Of a DNA stretch of 64,000 nt, positions 1 through 13,270 are shown piece by piece. Position 1 is the first letter of the stretch; every line of letters starts with the position of its first letter. The position numbers were made by a program, and so were the translations under genes. A model generated the notes under the pieces. It saw only the letters and a list, made by a program, of their open reading frames with translations. It had not been told where the DNA came from and did not search any database. The DNA is from Eledone cirrhosa (taxonomy: Eukaryota), in the NCBI GenBank assembly GCA_964016885.1, contig OZ024742.1:312418001-312482000 (forward strand), written 5' to 3'.

Positions 1-309
1 CTGTGATTTCTGTCTATGACTGTAAAGAAAATGTTTTTTTTTTTTACAGACCGAATAATACAAACGTAAGAATTTATATCAATCTATCTCTTAATGATTG
101 AATTAATATATTTGTTATGAATATTTGCATGACTCACTATGAAATAATTAGAATTTTTTCCCTGTGTATTAATATGTAAGGTTAGAATTTACCTGTTAAT
201 ATTTGTATATTCACAAGCCTGTGGCATCTTAGACAAATGTCTCGAGTAGACCCAAACCTCGTGAGTGAAATTGGGTAGATGGAAAATGTTTAGCAGCTTA
301 TCTAGTGGA

Positions 310-480
310 CTGTGCCTAGAATTCAAGGGTCTGATCTCGTCACACTAAATATCCTTGAGATTATGTTAAGAGTACACATGTCTGTGGAATGCTCAGCCAC
401 TTACACGTTAATTTCATGAATAGGCTGTTTTATTGATTGAATAACTGGATTACACATTATCAAAACCAACAGATGGCCCA
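310..480 (+). repeat. Old dispersed repeat, probably a SINE 3' region
   Basis: Diverged reverse-complement copy at ~15770-15915 (GTCTGTGGAATGCTCAGCCACTT). Confidence 0.55.
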
Positions 481-693
481 TTACAGTTTATAAATAAGCA
501 AATGAACCAACAATGAAAAAAAATAAAATTGTTGAAGAAATAAAACGATATAGTGTCCAAACAATTTTATTTAACCCACTTCATATCAAACAACCTGAAA
601 CTCTTCTTGGTTCTAAGATAAAAGACTGTTTCTTTTAAATTGTTTATATTCATCTAAAAATCTACCATCACAATTTTATGCAAGAACCTTTAA

Positions 694-882
694 CCCTTTA
701 GCATTTATATTACTCCATATATACTATTGTATTTTCATATAATATCGAATCTGTGAGATTTTGATATTATTTATTTCGAGAACAATACCTTAACATCAGT
801 ATGAGTGGCCAGTTACAGCTGTTTTGGACAGAAAGAGGTGAGAGAATTCTGGCCAGATATGGCTGGTTTAAATGCTAAAGGA
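694..882 (+). mobile_element. piggyBac-like MITE family A (~190-220 bp), nested in MITE-B
   Basis: TTAA|CCCTTTAGCATTTA ... TAAATGCTAAAGGA|TTAA. TTAA flanks and CCCT termini are piggyBac hallmarks. Confidence 0.85.
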
Positions 883-1171
883 TTAAAGTTATTTCCAAAC
901 ACCAACTTAATAAGGAGAAAGTTATATTACTAATTCTTTCGTTTTCTTAATTATTTTCAAAATGAGATGAAGCAAAAGTAGTGACACAAAACTGTTGTAT
1001 GTAGACAGAGTTCAGTTATATTTTGTCTATCTTGCAAAGAAGTTAATATGCAATGTTTGAGTCTGAGAAAAAATCCCACATTATTAGCTGAATCCAAATA
1101 TTAGCATTGGGTGCTCAAACTGATGAACTATCAGTAACTAACCATTACACACCAATACTCACTCACTCTCT

Positions 1172-1224
<53 letters not shown>

Positions 1225-1799
1225 ACACACACATACACACCAGCAAACAGGCTTTTTTACAGTTCCTACCTACCAATTTCACTCACAGGCTATTGGCTAG
1301 CCTAAGTCTATGGTAGAAGACACTTGCCCAAGGTGTCAACCCAATCATTATTTAAAAATATATATCTAAAAACAAAAACAAAAAAAAAAACACGTTGCTT
1401 AAGTGTTCTCTTGTTTTATCAAGTACCTGCAACCCCACCCCACCCCACCCTGAGCCATATTTGGAACTGTTCAGTTCCCTTTGTCTATCAACATTCATAG
1501 ATCAATATCTACATAGTAGTTAATGGTGGCCATTGTTATGCTGATCCTTCCAGTAAGTAGGAATCATGTGATAAATGCAATGCTTAATAATTGATGTTCT
1601 TATCAATGGTTTTGAATATATGACTGTTGCTTGTAGGTTTCTCCCAGCAATCAGGAAGTAGTGTTTGTTACTAAGGCACACTATATGTTAATATTTGCTT
1701 TGTATTTTGTTATTTTACAATAGATTGCACACACACATAAGGACACATATGGGGACACACAGGCAGACATACACGTGTACATAAAACACACATTTTCAT

Positions 1800-1803
<4 letters not shown>

Positions 1804-1837
<34 letters not shown>

Positions 1838-1919
1838 GTGTGTGTGTGTGTGTGTATACACAAATATATATACATACATATATATATATATACACATATA
1901 TATATATATATACATACAT

Positions 1920-1981
<62 letters not shown>
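1804..1981. repeat. Compound (TA)n/(TG)n microsatellite
   Basis: Seen directly. Similar tracts at 1175, 10190, 14934, 24212, 25314, 30045, 31373, 40150 and 60158. Confidence 0.97.
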
Positions 1982-1983
<2 letters not shown>

Positions 1984-2316
1984 CTCAGAGATTTATTAAA
2001 CACCATTAAGCATTCAATCCAACTTTTTAAGAGGTCTGCCTAGCCCTAGTAAACACACACACAGTGTGTGTGTGTGTGTGTGTGTGAGTTTGGGTGCGCA
2101 CGTGCCTTTTACCTGTACATTTTGAGGTCGATTCTTTCCCTTAAAATACTAAATCAGTTCAAATTATGGTTATTTAAAATATATATTAAATATTATACTG
2201 TAAAGTGGAGGTAGTGTAAAACTGTTTCCTTGGTATGTATAGAGCCTGTGACTTTGTACTGTCATGCCTCTGCGGGGAATGTTCAAAGGATGGTATCAAC
2301 CAGTAAATCAACCAAA

Positions 2317-2548
2317 TCAATCAACAAGATCCCAGATTTAATTTGCTTACCGTCAAATTGGACCGAGGAAACAATGTTTCCATTGGTCTTTCTATTGCTG
2401 ATACTATCTACTGATCGCAACTGCCAGCAAGAACAACATGAAATAAAGTGTCTTGTTCAAGGACATAAGGTATTGCCCAGTCCGGAAATTGAACTTGCAA
2501 CTTGACGATTGTAAATTCAATTCTCTAACCACTAAGCCACGCACCTTC
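2317..2548 (-). mobile_element. SINE S4
   Basis: Reverse complement is colinear with 26924-27177. Confidence 0.8.
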
Positions 2549-5410
2549 ACTAAACCAGTAAATATAATGATAAAACCTATTCAAAAATATCACCTTACTA
2601 ACCAGTTCTTTTTTAATCATCATCGGGTAGATTGAAGCTATTAGCCTAACATGCTATATCACATTACTAAGTAGTCTATATAAGTACATAACTACACAGG
2701 CAGTCCATGCTTTTACTAAATAATTCATACAAGTATCTTACCACACAACTAGCATAGAAATACTTGCAACTTCATTTAGAAAACTCTTAACCAATGACAT
2801 GGCCTACCTACTATATATGAGAGATTTCTTTCCTACATAAAACTGATTATTACATGATAAGCTGTCCTCAATCATCATCATCATTTAACGTCTTCTATTG
2901 ATGATGATGATGATGATTGAAGGCAATCAGTAAACTGGATGACATTAAGGAGAGCATCTAGCTGTAGAACCCTTGGCAAAAATAGAATGTACAAGTGAGA
3001 TGTCTCAAACTGCGACAACCCATCAAAACTGCTGGTTCCATTATAAACTGTCCTCAGTACACTCTGTAGAGTGGTTGGCATTACGAAGGGCATCCAGCTG
3101 TAGAAACCATCAATACCAGAAAGAGAATGTACAAGGGAGATGACTCAAACTGTGACAATCCATACAACTGATGAAACAGGGAGGTAAAAGAATGATAGTG
3201 ATAAACAAAATATTTATCAAAATCTTGGCTGACAAGTTACAGCAACAAGAAAAAGGATGCCAGATCAATGCCCTTTGAAATTAACCAATAACTCAATGCA
3301 GCCTAATTCATCCATTCATTTCTAGAGGAACAGCTGTAAGTGACAGTGCCAAAATCAGCAAAGCTCAAATATATAAGTTTGACTAATAACAAAATGTAAT
3401 TACAAATCAAGCAATGTTTGTATCTGAAATATACTGTCAGGTTAGTTAAATGTCAGCTGTCACTAGAATATCTAGAATATAAGACAGAAAGGAGGAATTT
3501 ACTAACAAAAGAAACTCAAGTGTGGTCCAGTGAAGACAATTTAAGCATCATGTATGAGATTTATTCATGATTATTTAATTGATAACTTCAGGGGGTGGGG
3601 GTTATCCAAGTTTATTATATGTCTTAGAAGAATAAATGTTTACATCAAATTTATGCATCATTATTTAATGTCAGTTAACATTTTCACACAAAAAAAAAAG
3701 AGGAAAGAAAAATACAAATAAAGCATAAAAGAAAAAAAAATTGAATTAAATTTTAAATTTAGTTTGAGAATTGTCTATTATTGAGAACATTTTGTTTAAG
3801 AAAATAAAAAATAAAATGGACAAAAATTCAGATTTGAGAAAAAAAAGGCAATTATTCTAGAAGAAAAATAGTAAAATTTATCAGCGTATCTATAGCAGAA
3901 TGGTGGTGTTGTATCCATAAGATCTAATTAGATGCTTAGAAAAGGTGGCTTCTATTGAGTTGATTTGTCCATTGTACATCACACAGAAAAAATTTCCTGT
4001 GGTACCACGATTAAAAAAATAAATTCAATTTTGAGGTTAGTAATCTGACTAAATTTGGATGGTGCCATTACGATTAAGAAAGGAGCCTACTTGGTTTAGA
4101 GTGTCTGGTGCAGTGGATATTGCTGGCTCTTCTCCATGGCAGCAATTTCACCATATTGTCCACCACGGAGTGCAGCTAAGATATGCTATGCAACTGAGGG
4201 TGCACAGTTTCCTCCATCCCCCAATATGTTATTAATATAACAGAAATATTCAAATTGTATATATCCAGTTTAGCATAGAAGCACTGTATCCCTGCATGTG
4301 ATAAAAAGCAACTAAAAGGTTGGTGTCAAGAAGGGTAATCTGGCTGTGAAACATTGCCCCCTCCCATCCAATCTACATCCGCACGGAAAAGTTGACATAA
4401 AAATGATTAATTTTCCCCTAAAATATGACATAGATCAATATAGCACAACATTTATACCAAGTCAACTCATTTTTTCATCTTCAATGTAAAACATTATGGG
4501 AAAATATTGAGGTACTGGAGATGATTTTTAACATGAAGTGGTACCATTTGTATTGGCAATCTCCTGAGTAGATCATTGTGCAAAAAAAAAAGGGGGGGGG
4601 GCCTCTTAAGCCTACCTTATCCCTAATAGCCAAAGAAAACCACAAGACACATACAGGAAAAAGCTGATTTCATTTACAATCTTAAAAAGAAGACAAATTG
4701 GATTATGAAATACCAGATACACAATATTTGAATAAAAACAAGATGGTCATGGGCGGAATACCTTTAATCATAGATCTGCTCACTCAGGGGTTTCACCCGG
4801 AGTTACACTACAACGAAGAACCTTAGGTCAACATTTGAGGGTTGATAACTAACATGAGAAGGGATATTATGTCATTATAGCAGTAACACACGGAAAAAAT
4901 AGACCAAAAATAGTATATGCCCTATTTGAAATGAAATCTAACACTATTATTTGATCTGTGCTGAAGTTTGATACCTAAACTTGTCTCGGCCAAATTACTA
5001 TATAGAAGCAAGCAAGTCAGAGAAAGAAAAGAAAGAAAAAAACGTCAATTAAATAGAAAATATTTAAGTTAGCAACTTTGACACACCTAGTAAAGAAGAT
5101 ATAAAATTTCTATTCTATAACTATGTAACAAGTGAAACAAATAAATAATAAACTGTATATACGTGAATGGTATGAATAAAAACCTTGGATTGCATTTGTA
5201 CTGAAACTAATTTCCTCTTTGTCATAAATATATTTCTGTTATGCACACAATAAACCAAGAAAAATAATTTAAAATTTCTTACAAGATTGTTTGTGTAAAG
5301 TATGTTAACAATCCTTATTGCTAAATGATTATAATCATTTTCATACAGAAAACAAAACAAAACAAAAAACAAAGAAAAGACACACATACATAAAAAATAA
5401 TAATAATAAT

Positions 5411-5778
5411 AATTGTTTCTACTTTTGGCACAAGGCCAGCAATTACCCAGTACATTTCTGGTACTTTATTTTATCAACTCTCATAAGGATGAAAGGCAAA
5501 GTTAACCCCGGCGGGATTTTAACTCAGAACGTAAAGGATCGTAACTATGCTACGAAGCATGTTGTCCGACACTACCAATTCTGCCAATTCACCGCCCTGA
5601 TAATAATAATAATTAGTTCTACTTTTGGCACAAGGCCAGCAAATATCCCAGTGTGTTACTGGTACTTTATTTTATCGAGCCCGTAAGGATGACAGGCAAA
5701 GTTAACCTCGGCGGGATTTGAACTCAGACCATAAAGGGTCGTAACTCTTTGCTGTAAAGCATGCCGTTAGACCCTCTA
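5411..5778 (-). mobile_element. Two tandem copies of tRNA-derived SINE family S2
   Basis: Minus strand reads GGCGGTG.ATTGGCAG.A..GGTAG (A box)...GAGTTCAAATCCCGCC (B box), GCCTTTCATCCTTAC/TG.G..GATAAAATAAAGTACCAG (resembles a Nin/Deu-type central domain), (ATT)n tail. Copies at 5411-5597 and 5611-5778. Confidence 0.85.
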
Positions 5779-7833
5779 TAATAATAATAATTTCTTTACT
5801 AGCAACAAGAACACCTTTATAAACAGCAATAAAAACCAACAGAGATGATGATATTTACATTTTGAGCAGGAGATGGAGCTTATCAAGGCGTAGTATATAA
5901 CATTGCTATTATAGTTTATATTTAACTTACTATTAATAAAGCACAACAGTTAGTAACATCAAAAGGGAAATATTAAAGATATACAAATAAACAAACAAAA
6001 AAAATTCTATATAATAACAATTTCATAGAAAACAGCATACTTGAAATTATTCATTACTATAAAAGAAAACACTTCTAAATGCTAAAAGAAAAGAATCAAA
6101 AACAGAATCTCATTATTTTCATATAAATGCCGACATAGACAAGATCTCCGCCCCATCCCCCAGTATATCACTATTTTAACCAGTTTAACTCAGTGCCAGC
6201 TCATTCTCTATTTATTCTCTATTACATCACACTCAATTAACTAGCACTTCTCAAGTGTTATAAGACTACTCTCAAGCTGCTGTTACTGCTGCCAAACTAA
6301 CCACATTTGTTCATTCAGTATATATCACTCACTCACTCTTTCTCAGTCATGTACATGCCTCTATTCTTAGCCTTCTCTTTCATATACAAACATTTGATGC
6401 CTTTAATTTCAGTTACTCTAGCTCATCCAAACTGCAACCTTTCTCTTCAAAATTTACATTACATAGTCAGTGAATACACACACAATCATTCACTCACTCT
6501 TTCTTCTATTTTGCAGATCTGCCATAAAACATTAGACTTTCTCAGACACAAACATTGCATATTAACTTCTTTGCAAGATAGACAAAATATAACTGAACTC
6601 TGTCTACATACAACAGTTGTGTCACTACTGTTGCTTCATCTCTATCTAACACCAATTTAAATTACTTGGGCCAACAAAACCTTATCTACAAACATCTAAA
6701 AATCCATTAATACAGTTCATTCTTTCATTTTCTTTCTTACTAAAAGATTGCTTGAATAAACTTCTTACTACATCAATGCACTTTTGGGCACTTGAAAGTA
6801 TAGTTGCACCATCTGTCTGCTTGGAATTGCTACACTTTCTATGTCCTCGCCCACTGCCACCCACAACAAATACATTTTCTATCTATACAACATTTGTATT
6901 TCTATGTTCTCCATATATTAAACAAAGCTACCTACCTTCCTGTTGCTATAAATAATGTAAAGTTTACATAAGAAAACTATCCGATATAAGATATTCTGGC
7001 TGAGCAAAAGGTCTTCACAAAGATCCTTTATGTAGTTAATTCAGTTCTGATTAAGGCCACAGACAGACGAATAGTAAACATTTATGCTTACAGACACCAT
7101 TCAACAAAACAAGAAGAGTGAAACACCAACCATTTGTATTGGACATATATATATATATATAGAAATTACTTCTACAACACTAGAACTGTTTCTATATGAA
7201 ATATATTTTTACCTCTTCTACCAATGTATTGAGGATTTTATTAAACTGGGCATCCAACTGTAGAAACCAAGCAAAAATCGGTTCTGTATGAGCATGACAT
7301 GGTCACTTGACCTAGCATTGCTCACAACAGGATAACTCATCTAACCCATGCCAGCATGGGAAAATAGGATGTTAAACGGTGATGATGATGAGGATAATGA
7401 AGTGTGTTTTCCGATCCTCTTCAGTAAATCATTCTTAATTGTGGGTGTGTAGACATGCGCACATGCGTGCAAGTGTGTTTCTACAGTATTTTATACAGAC
7501 TGTACTGCTAACATGACGTGTTCAATAGTACTACTTGATCTAATGGACAATATATGACACTGTAATGAATGCTACAAAAAAAAAAAAAAAAAAAGCAGTG
7601 AATTTAATTTAAAAAAAGCATAAATGCCACACAATCTTGTTTCTGAAACATTCTGTCTGTATAGGATAGTGATCAATATTATTACAAATAGTTAATTCTT
7701 TTATTGGTTTCAGTCATTGAACTGTGATAATGCTGGCACATCATCTTCAAGGATTTATTTTAGTCAATCACATCGACACATTTACTTCAGTCTGGTGCTT
7801 GTTTACTTCATATTCATCAATATGCACTGATTA

Positions 7834-8074
7834 GAATGTCTCAGGAAAGAATTGCTGGACAGATTTTACTGGCAAAAACCAACTGGCAAGAGAACCAGGG
7901 GTAGACTACGAGCAAAATGGATAGATAACATCCATGAGCTTGGCTGGTCATGCTTGGGGATCCAGTCGGATCAGTTGGAGATGGTTGCTTCTGACAGGAC
8001 CCACTGGAAAGAGTGTTTGAGGACTCTTCCCCCACGGCCCTCTCAGGAATGAGTGGGCAAAGAAGAAAAAGAAG
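7834..8074 (+). mobile_element. 5'-truncated RTE-type (REX3/Expander-like) LINE end with 14-bp TSD
   Basis: ORF ...KPTGKRTRGRLRAKWIDNI..LGWSCLGI..LEMVASDRTHW..LRTLPPRP, then an (AAG)n tail. ATATGCACTGATTA is duplicated at 7820-7833 and 8075-8088. Confidence 0.85.
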
Positions 8075-9037
8075 ATATGCACTGATTACATCAACAATGT
8101 TGTGGTGTAAATGAGAAGTACCAGTCTAGTACTGGAGTAGATTCTTGCTCTATATCTCTTTCTCACTTCCTATCTTTCTCTGGAAGAAATCTGCTCTACT
8201 CAGGCCTGGAGAAGGGTGGGCTCTGCCACGCTTAAAATGTCCAAGAAACGCTCTATGTCAATATGGCACCTCTACAATTCTATCAGAAGTTACGAGAACA
8301 TACATACATACATACATACATACATTAAAACCTTCCAGCATAATTTTAAACACAAATATTTTATGTTACAAACACCATCTTAATGAATATTATAATTTGA
8401 GTAAATCCTTTGCCAATTCTTTCATTAATTATTTAAAATACAAAGTATTTCATTAGAAATACAATAACAAATGTGTTAATCAATGAATATGTATGTAGAG
8501 TAAAACAGCTGAAACATGGTTTGCTGATCAAACTGTTTCGGTATGGGTGTGTAGTCCTGAATGCCACCTGCGCTCATATACATATACATATCTTTTACAT
8601 TCATAACAATGGTTAAACAAGAAACATGTATTCCACCCAATTAAATATGTTGAATGTTATGTCATCAATATGGAGCATATACAATTCCTTCACAAGCTGG
8701 TCTTCAGTTTTCTACTGTTACTGATATGGATGCGCTGTGGCTTACACCTGTGTAGCTTTAGCTGGCCATTCCAGCACTAAAGAGCTTTCCTCTCAAACTT
8801 TATATTGTCTCCATTTGATTGCCAAACAATGTGACATCCAGTCTCTCTCTCCAAGCAGTGCTTATACAGGTGGACAGGTCTTTTGTTTTAAGACATAATA
8901 CTAATCAGGTTGATCTTATGAGGTTCAGTATGCTGCATATGCATGGATATTGTGAACATGTAGCATGTAATTCTATAACAGTTTGTGTGAATATGTAGCG
9001 TTGCATGTGTGTATTAATATGATTATTATATACATGT

Positions 9038-9372
9038 GGAGGCATATGGCTTAGTGGTTAGAGCATTGGCCTTGCAATCGAAAGGTTGTGAGTTCAATTC
9101 TCAGACCGGGTGATGTGTTGTTTCCTTGAGCAAGACACTTTATTTCACATTGCTCCAGTCTACTCAGCTGTAGAAATGAGATGATAGGAACTGGGGTCCA
9201 TATCATTCCACTGCAAAGTGGTCGTGTAGGCGCCACGGAAAAAAAGCACCAGCACTCACTGTAAATGAGGTTGGTGTTAGGAAGGGCATCCAGCTGTAGA
9301 AATCAAGCCAGAATCAGTTCCCGTCCCACCCTTGCAAGCAGGGAAAAGCGGACGTAAAATGATGATAATGAT
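9038..9372 (+). mobile_element. tRNA-derived SINE family S1 (tRNA head, CORE-like block, RTE-type tail)
   Basis: A box TGGCTTAGTGG, B box GAGTTCAATTCT, TCCTTGAGCAAGACACTTTATTTC block, tail CCCGTCCCACCCTTGCAAGCAGGGAAAAGCGGACGTAAAA(TGA)n. Confidence 0.9.
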
Positions 9373-9561
9373 AATTGTTTCTACTTTAGGCACAAGGCCA
9401 GCAATTACCCAGTGCATTACTGGTACTTTATTTTATCGACCCCGTAAGGATGAAAGGCAAAGTCAACCTCGGCGGGATTTGAACTCAGATCGTAAAAGAG
9501 ACGTAACTATACTGGAAAGCATGGTGTTCGACTCTCTACTGATACTGCCAATCCCCCGCCC
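9373..9561 (-). mobile_element. SINE S2 joined tail-to-tail with S1
   Basis: Full-length match to the S2 consensus. Confidence 0.88.
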
Positions 9562-10220
9562 TGATAATGATAATAATAATATAATGCATTCGTTAAGGTA
9601 AAAATATAAAATGTGTGAATGTATGTCAAAATATGTTTCATTGTGTGTATGTGTTTGCGTGCATGTGGGTGTGCGAGTGTGTGTAGATGTGTAAATATGC
9701 TAATGTGCATTTGTTAATGTTAAAAAGATTGAATATGAGAAAATGTAAATTTTGAGCATGCAAATGTATGTGAAATATGTATGTGTATATGTGTGTATAT
9801 GAAAATATATGTTGTGTATGTGAAAATATGTGTTGTGTATGTGTATGCGAAAATATGTTGTGTATGTGTGTGTATATGTTGTGTAAATGTGTATGTGTGT
9901 GTATATGTTGTGTAAATGTGTATGTGAACATATATGTTGTGTATGTGGGCTGCAGATATAGAAATTAAAAGGGGCAAAAACAACCAAAATAAAATAATAG
10001 TAAGAAAGAGACAGGAGAAATAGGATGTGTATGTAGTGAGAGCAACTGACCTTTCATAAAGCTCACAATGACAGTTCCATGGAACAATTCCAAATTTGTG
10101 ATAAAGTCTTCCAAAGTCTGAAGAAGAGAAAAGAAATAAATATAGATATGTATATATGTACATGTGTATATGCGTATATATGTGTGTATGTATTTGTGTG
10201 TGTGTGTGTGTGTATATGTA

Positions 10221-10253
<33 letters not shown>

Positions 10254-10382
10254 CGGTGATGATGATGATGATGATATATATTTATAACGGTGATGATGAT
10301 GATATATATATATACACACACACATATACATACCTATACATACATACATTATATATATATGTATTTATGTATATATGTATAA

Positions 10383-10536
10383 GCGGTGGATTGGCAGTAT
10401 CGGTAGAGGGTCGGACGCCATGCTTTGACGCATAAAGTTATGGCCCTTGCCATTCATCCTTACGGGGTCGATAAAATTAAGTACCAGTAATGCACTGGAA
10501 TAATTGCTGGCCTTGTGCCAAAAGTAGAAACAATTA
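10383..10536 (+). mobile_element. SINE S2 (internal deletion)
   Basis: GCGGTGGATTGGCAGTATCGGTAGAG...GGCCTTGTGCCAAAAGTAGAAACAATTA. Confidence 0.85.
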
Positions 10537-10677
10537 TATATATATGTATATGAGTGTATATATATATATACACACATTGATAGATAGATGCATATGAGTA
10601 TATATGTATGTATATAATATAGATGTGAGTGTGTGTGTGTAAATATTTATATATATACATACACAGATATAAAAAAA

Positions 10678-10952
10678 AGTCTAAAGTCTGTCTTAAGCCA
10701 CAAGGCTCATTTGGCCGGTGCTTATCCCGGTTTCATGGCGTGAAGCGACTGAGAGTACAAGACCCCCCCCCCCCCCCCTGTCAATCGCAGGGTTAAACCT
10801 CCAGCTATTGCTGGTACCTATTTTCAGCTGAGTATACTGGAGCAACATGAAATGAAGTGTTTTGCTCAAGAACACAACACGCAACCCAGGAATCGACCCC
10901 GCGACATTATGATCGTAAGTCCAACACCCTTACCACTATGCCGCGTGCCACC
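10678..10952 (-). mobile_element. tRNA-derived SINE family S3 (tRNA head, CORE-like block, V-domain-like block, distinct tail)
   Basis: Minus strand: GGCATAGTGGTAAGG..GGTCGATTCC..TTCTTGAGCAAAACACTTCATTTC..AACCCTGCGAT..GAAACCGGGATAAGCACCGGCC..TAGACT tail. Confidence 0.8.
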
Positions 10953-11850
10953 ACCATACACATATATGCACATACATACATACATATACATATATATATA
11001 TATAATATAAATAGCTATATTAATTATCTAATGAAATAGTCACCTCCCCACCTTTTTTTAATGTTTTACTTTAATCTTGTTGTTTTTTTTGTTTTTTTCT
11101 CTATTTTGTTTTTTTATCAAATCAATATTAACTGACAGCAGAATACAAATACAAACACTAGCACAGACAGACAGACGGACAAACTCACAGTGAATATAGC
11201 TTTCCCAAATAATTAACAATTAACAATAACAGAAGACACACACACACATGAGTCTTGATGAGGACTGGACCAAGTCAATCAATTAGATAATTAATAACAT
11301 AAAAAAAAGAAAAGAAAGAAAAAGCACAGTCTTCCATTATTGTCCATTACCACAACCACCACAGTGTCCACTACTGCTACCACCACCAACACCACCTCCA
11401 CTACAACCAATACCAGCTGGTATTTGATAAATGAAAGTCACAAGTTCAATGAAATATAAGGAATGTCAAGGCCTTGGTATTTAGTTTTCTCTACCACCAC
11501 AACCACCATAATAATACAAAAAAAATTAATGACAATGAATAAATTAATACAATTTATCAAGCCTAGCATGGCGAGAGTCTATGGTTCCGTTAATTTATCG
11601 TGATTATATATATATATATATATATAAACTATAACTGAACAAAGAAAAATTAACGAACACAGACATATACATATATGTGTTCAAATCGTAAGGGACCAGA
11701 TTCGCTAAGGTGAAAAGAATGCTAACTATAGACAATGGGTTTGCCAGACTGAATTTAAGAATAAATCAAGAAAAATTGAGCTAATTTTAATGTAAGAGAC
11801 TATTTTGAGTTTCTAACTCAATACATGCCTTTGATATATATAAACTCAAG

Positions 11851-12229
11851 TACAAAGTGAAACCTACAGTCAGTAGGTACCTCTAACAAAAATACACCCC
11901 TGTCCCACTACCCCCACCCCATCCACACCACCCCCTTAAATGTGAAGTTATGTTGGTACCACAACATCCAGTCCGAAACAAATGAGGTCGTGTAGGTGTC
12001 ACAACAAAAAAAAACACACAGTCCACACTGTAATGCGGCCGTGTAGGTAACACGGTAAAAACCTCCCAGTCCACACTGTAAACGTGGTTGGTGTTAGGAA
12101 GGGCATCCAGCCATAGAAAACCCGCCAGACAGTCCTATACGAGCGGGACAACCAATCTTGCCTCAAGTGGCAAAACTCCCGTCCAAACCCATGCAAGCGT
12201 GGAAGATGGACGTTAAACGATGATGATGA
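11851..12229 (+). mobile_element. 3'-UTR-only copy of the RTE LINE family
   Basis: Colinear with 37415-37916 from TACAAAGT..ACAGTCAGTAGG to CCATGCAAGCGTGG..(GAT)n, with only one copy of the 113-bp unit. Confidence 0.9.
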
Positions 12230-13049
12230 AACTACATGTATTTCACAAGTTCTGAGCTCAAATCCCACTGAGGTAAACCTGTATCTTTTATCTTCTGCGT
12301 TCAGTAATATAAATATAAGACATTCAGTCCACCACACTGCTGTACTTAGCAACATTAATATATGTATTGGATTAGTGGAGGGTGGTGGTGGGGGGACAGA
12401 CTCAGTAGATCATTGGATAAAATACCATTGCAGTATTTGTTCTGGCTCTTTACAGTTTGAATCCCGCAAAGATCAACTTTTCCTTTCATCCTTCCGGGGG
12501 TCAATAAAATTATGTACTGGGTTAATTTAACCAACTTTAATGAAATCACTTTCTCATTATTAAGCTATGTTTGAGGCATAACTAAAAGGTTCTTACAAAG
12601 AATTATGATGGAAGGTTTTTAGATAAACATAAACACTTTAAAACAGTTTTGTACGATAGAACCAGCAGCAGTTTCAGGCAAAGGTTGCTGGTCTTATACC
12701 TAAATTGGAAATCAATATATGTATTGAATTCATAGTTAATTTAATATTGTATTTATTGCAAATGTAACACCCAATTACAAACATGGCATACTTAGATCAT
12801 AGAATTTGGTAATACATATATAAAATCATAGTGTAAGTGCAAGCAATTAAAGTTAACCTGTGCCTTATGAAAAAAAAAAAAAAAAAAAAAAACGCACGAG
12901 GTTGCATGAAAAGAAATGAAAACTAGTCTTTTAACCCTGAAAAACAACCCTCTTGTTCTATGATTTTAAAGTGGGGAGTATATATCTAAAAATCTACCCT
13001 AATTCTCTATATGAACCTTTATTAATATTTGATCCAAACACTAGTTTAA

Positions 13050-13270
13050 CCCTTTAGCATTTAAACCAGCCATATCCAGCTAGAATTCTCTCTCCTCTCT
13101 CTGTTCAAACCGGCTGTAACCAGCCACCCATACATATGTTAAGGTATCGTTTTCAAAATAAATACTTTCAAAATCTCATAGATTCGATATTATGTGAGAT
13201 AATTATGTGAGGTAAAGCCGTTACCATGAAAATACAATAGTATATATAGAGTAATGTGAATGCTAAAGGG
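13050..13270 (-). mobile_element. MITE-A
   Basis: TTAA|CCCTTTAGCATT...AATGCTAAAGGG|TTAA; sits after a MITE-B left part starting ~12935. Confidence 0.9.

Noticed and set aside
1107-2006. YIYI/THTH/VCVC ORFs here and at ~9500-10660, 14843, 24187, 26370, 29926, 31611 and 59400-60150
   Set aside because: Translations of (TA)n and (CA)n microsatellites.
4085-4225. GC-richer exon-like segment with a minus-strand donor (CAA|GTAGGC)
   Set aside because: No recognisable protein motif and a weak acceptor; cannot be supported.
9038-9110. tRNA genes at SINE heads (also 26924, 51970, 10383)
   Set aside because: A and B boxes are present but there is no complete cloverleaf, and each continues into a SINE body and tail.
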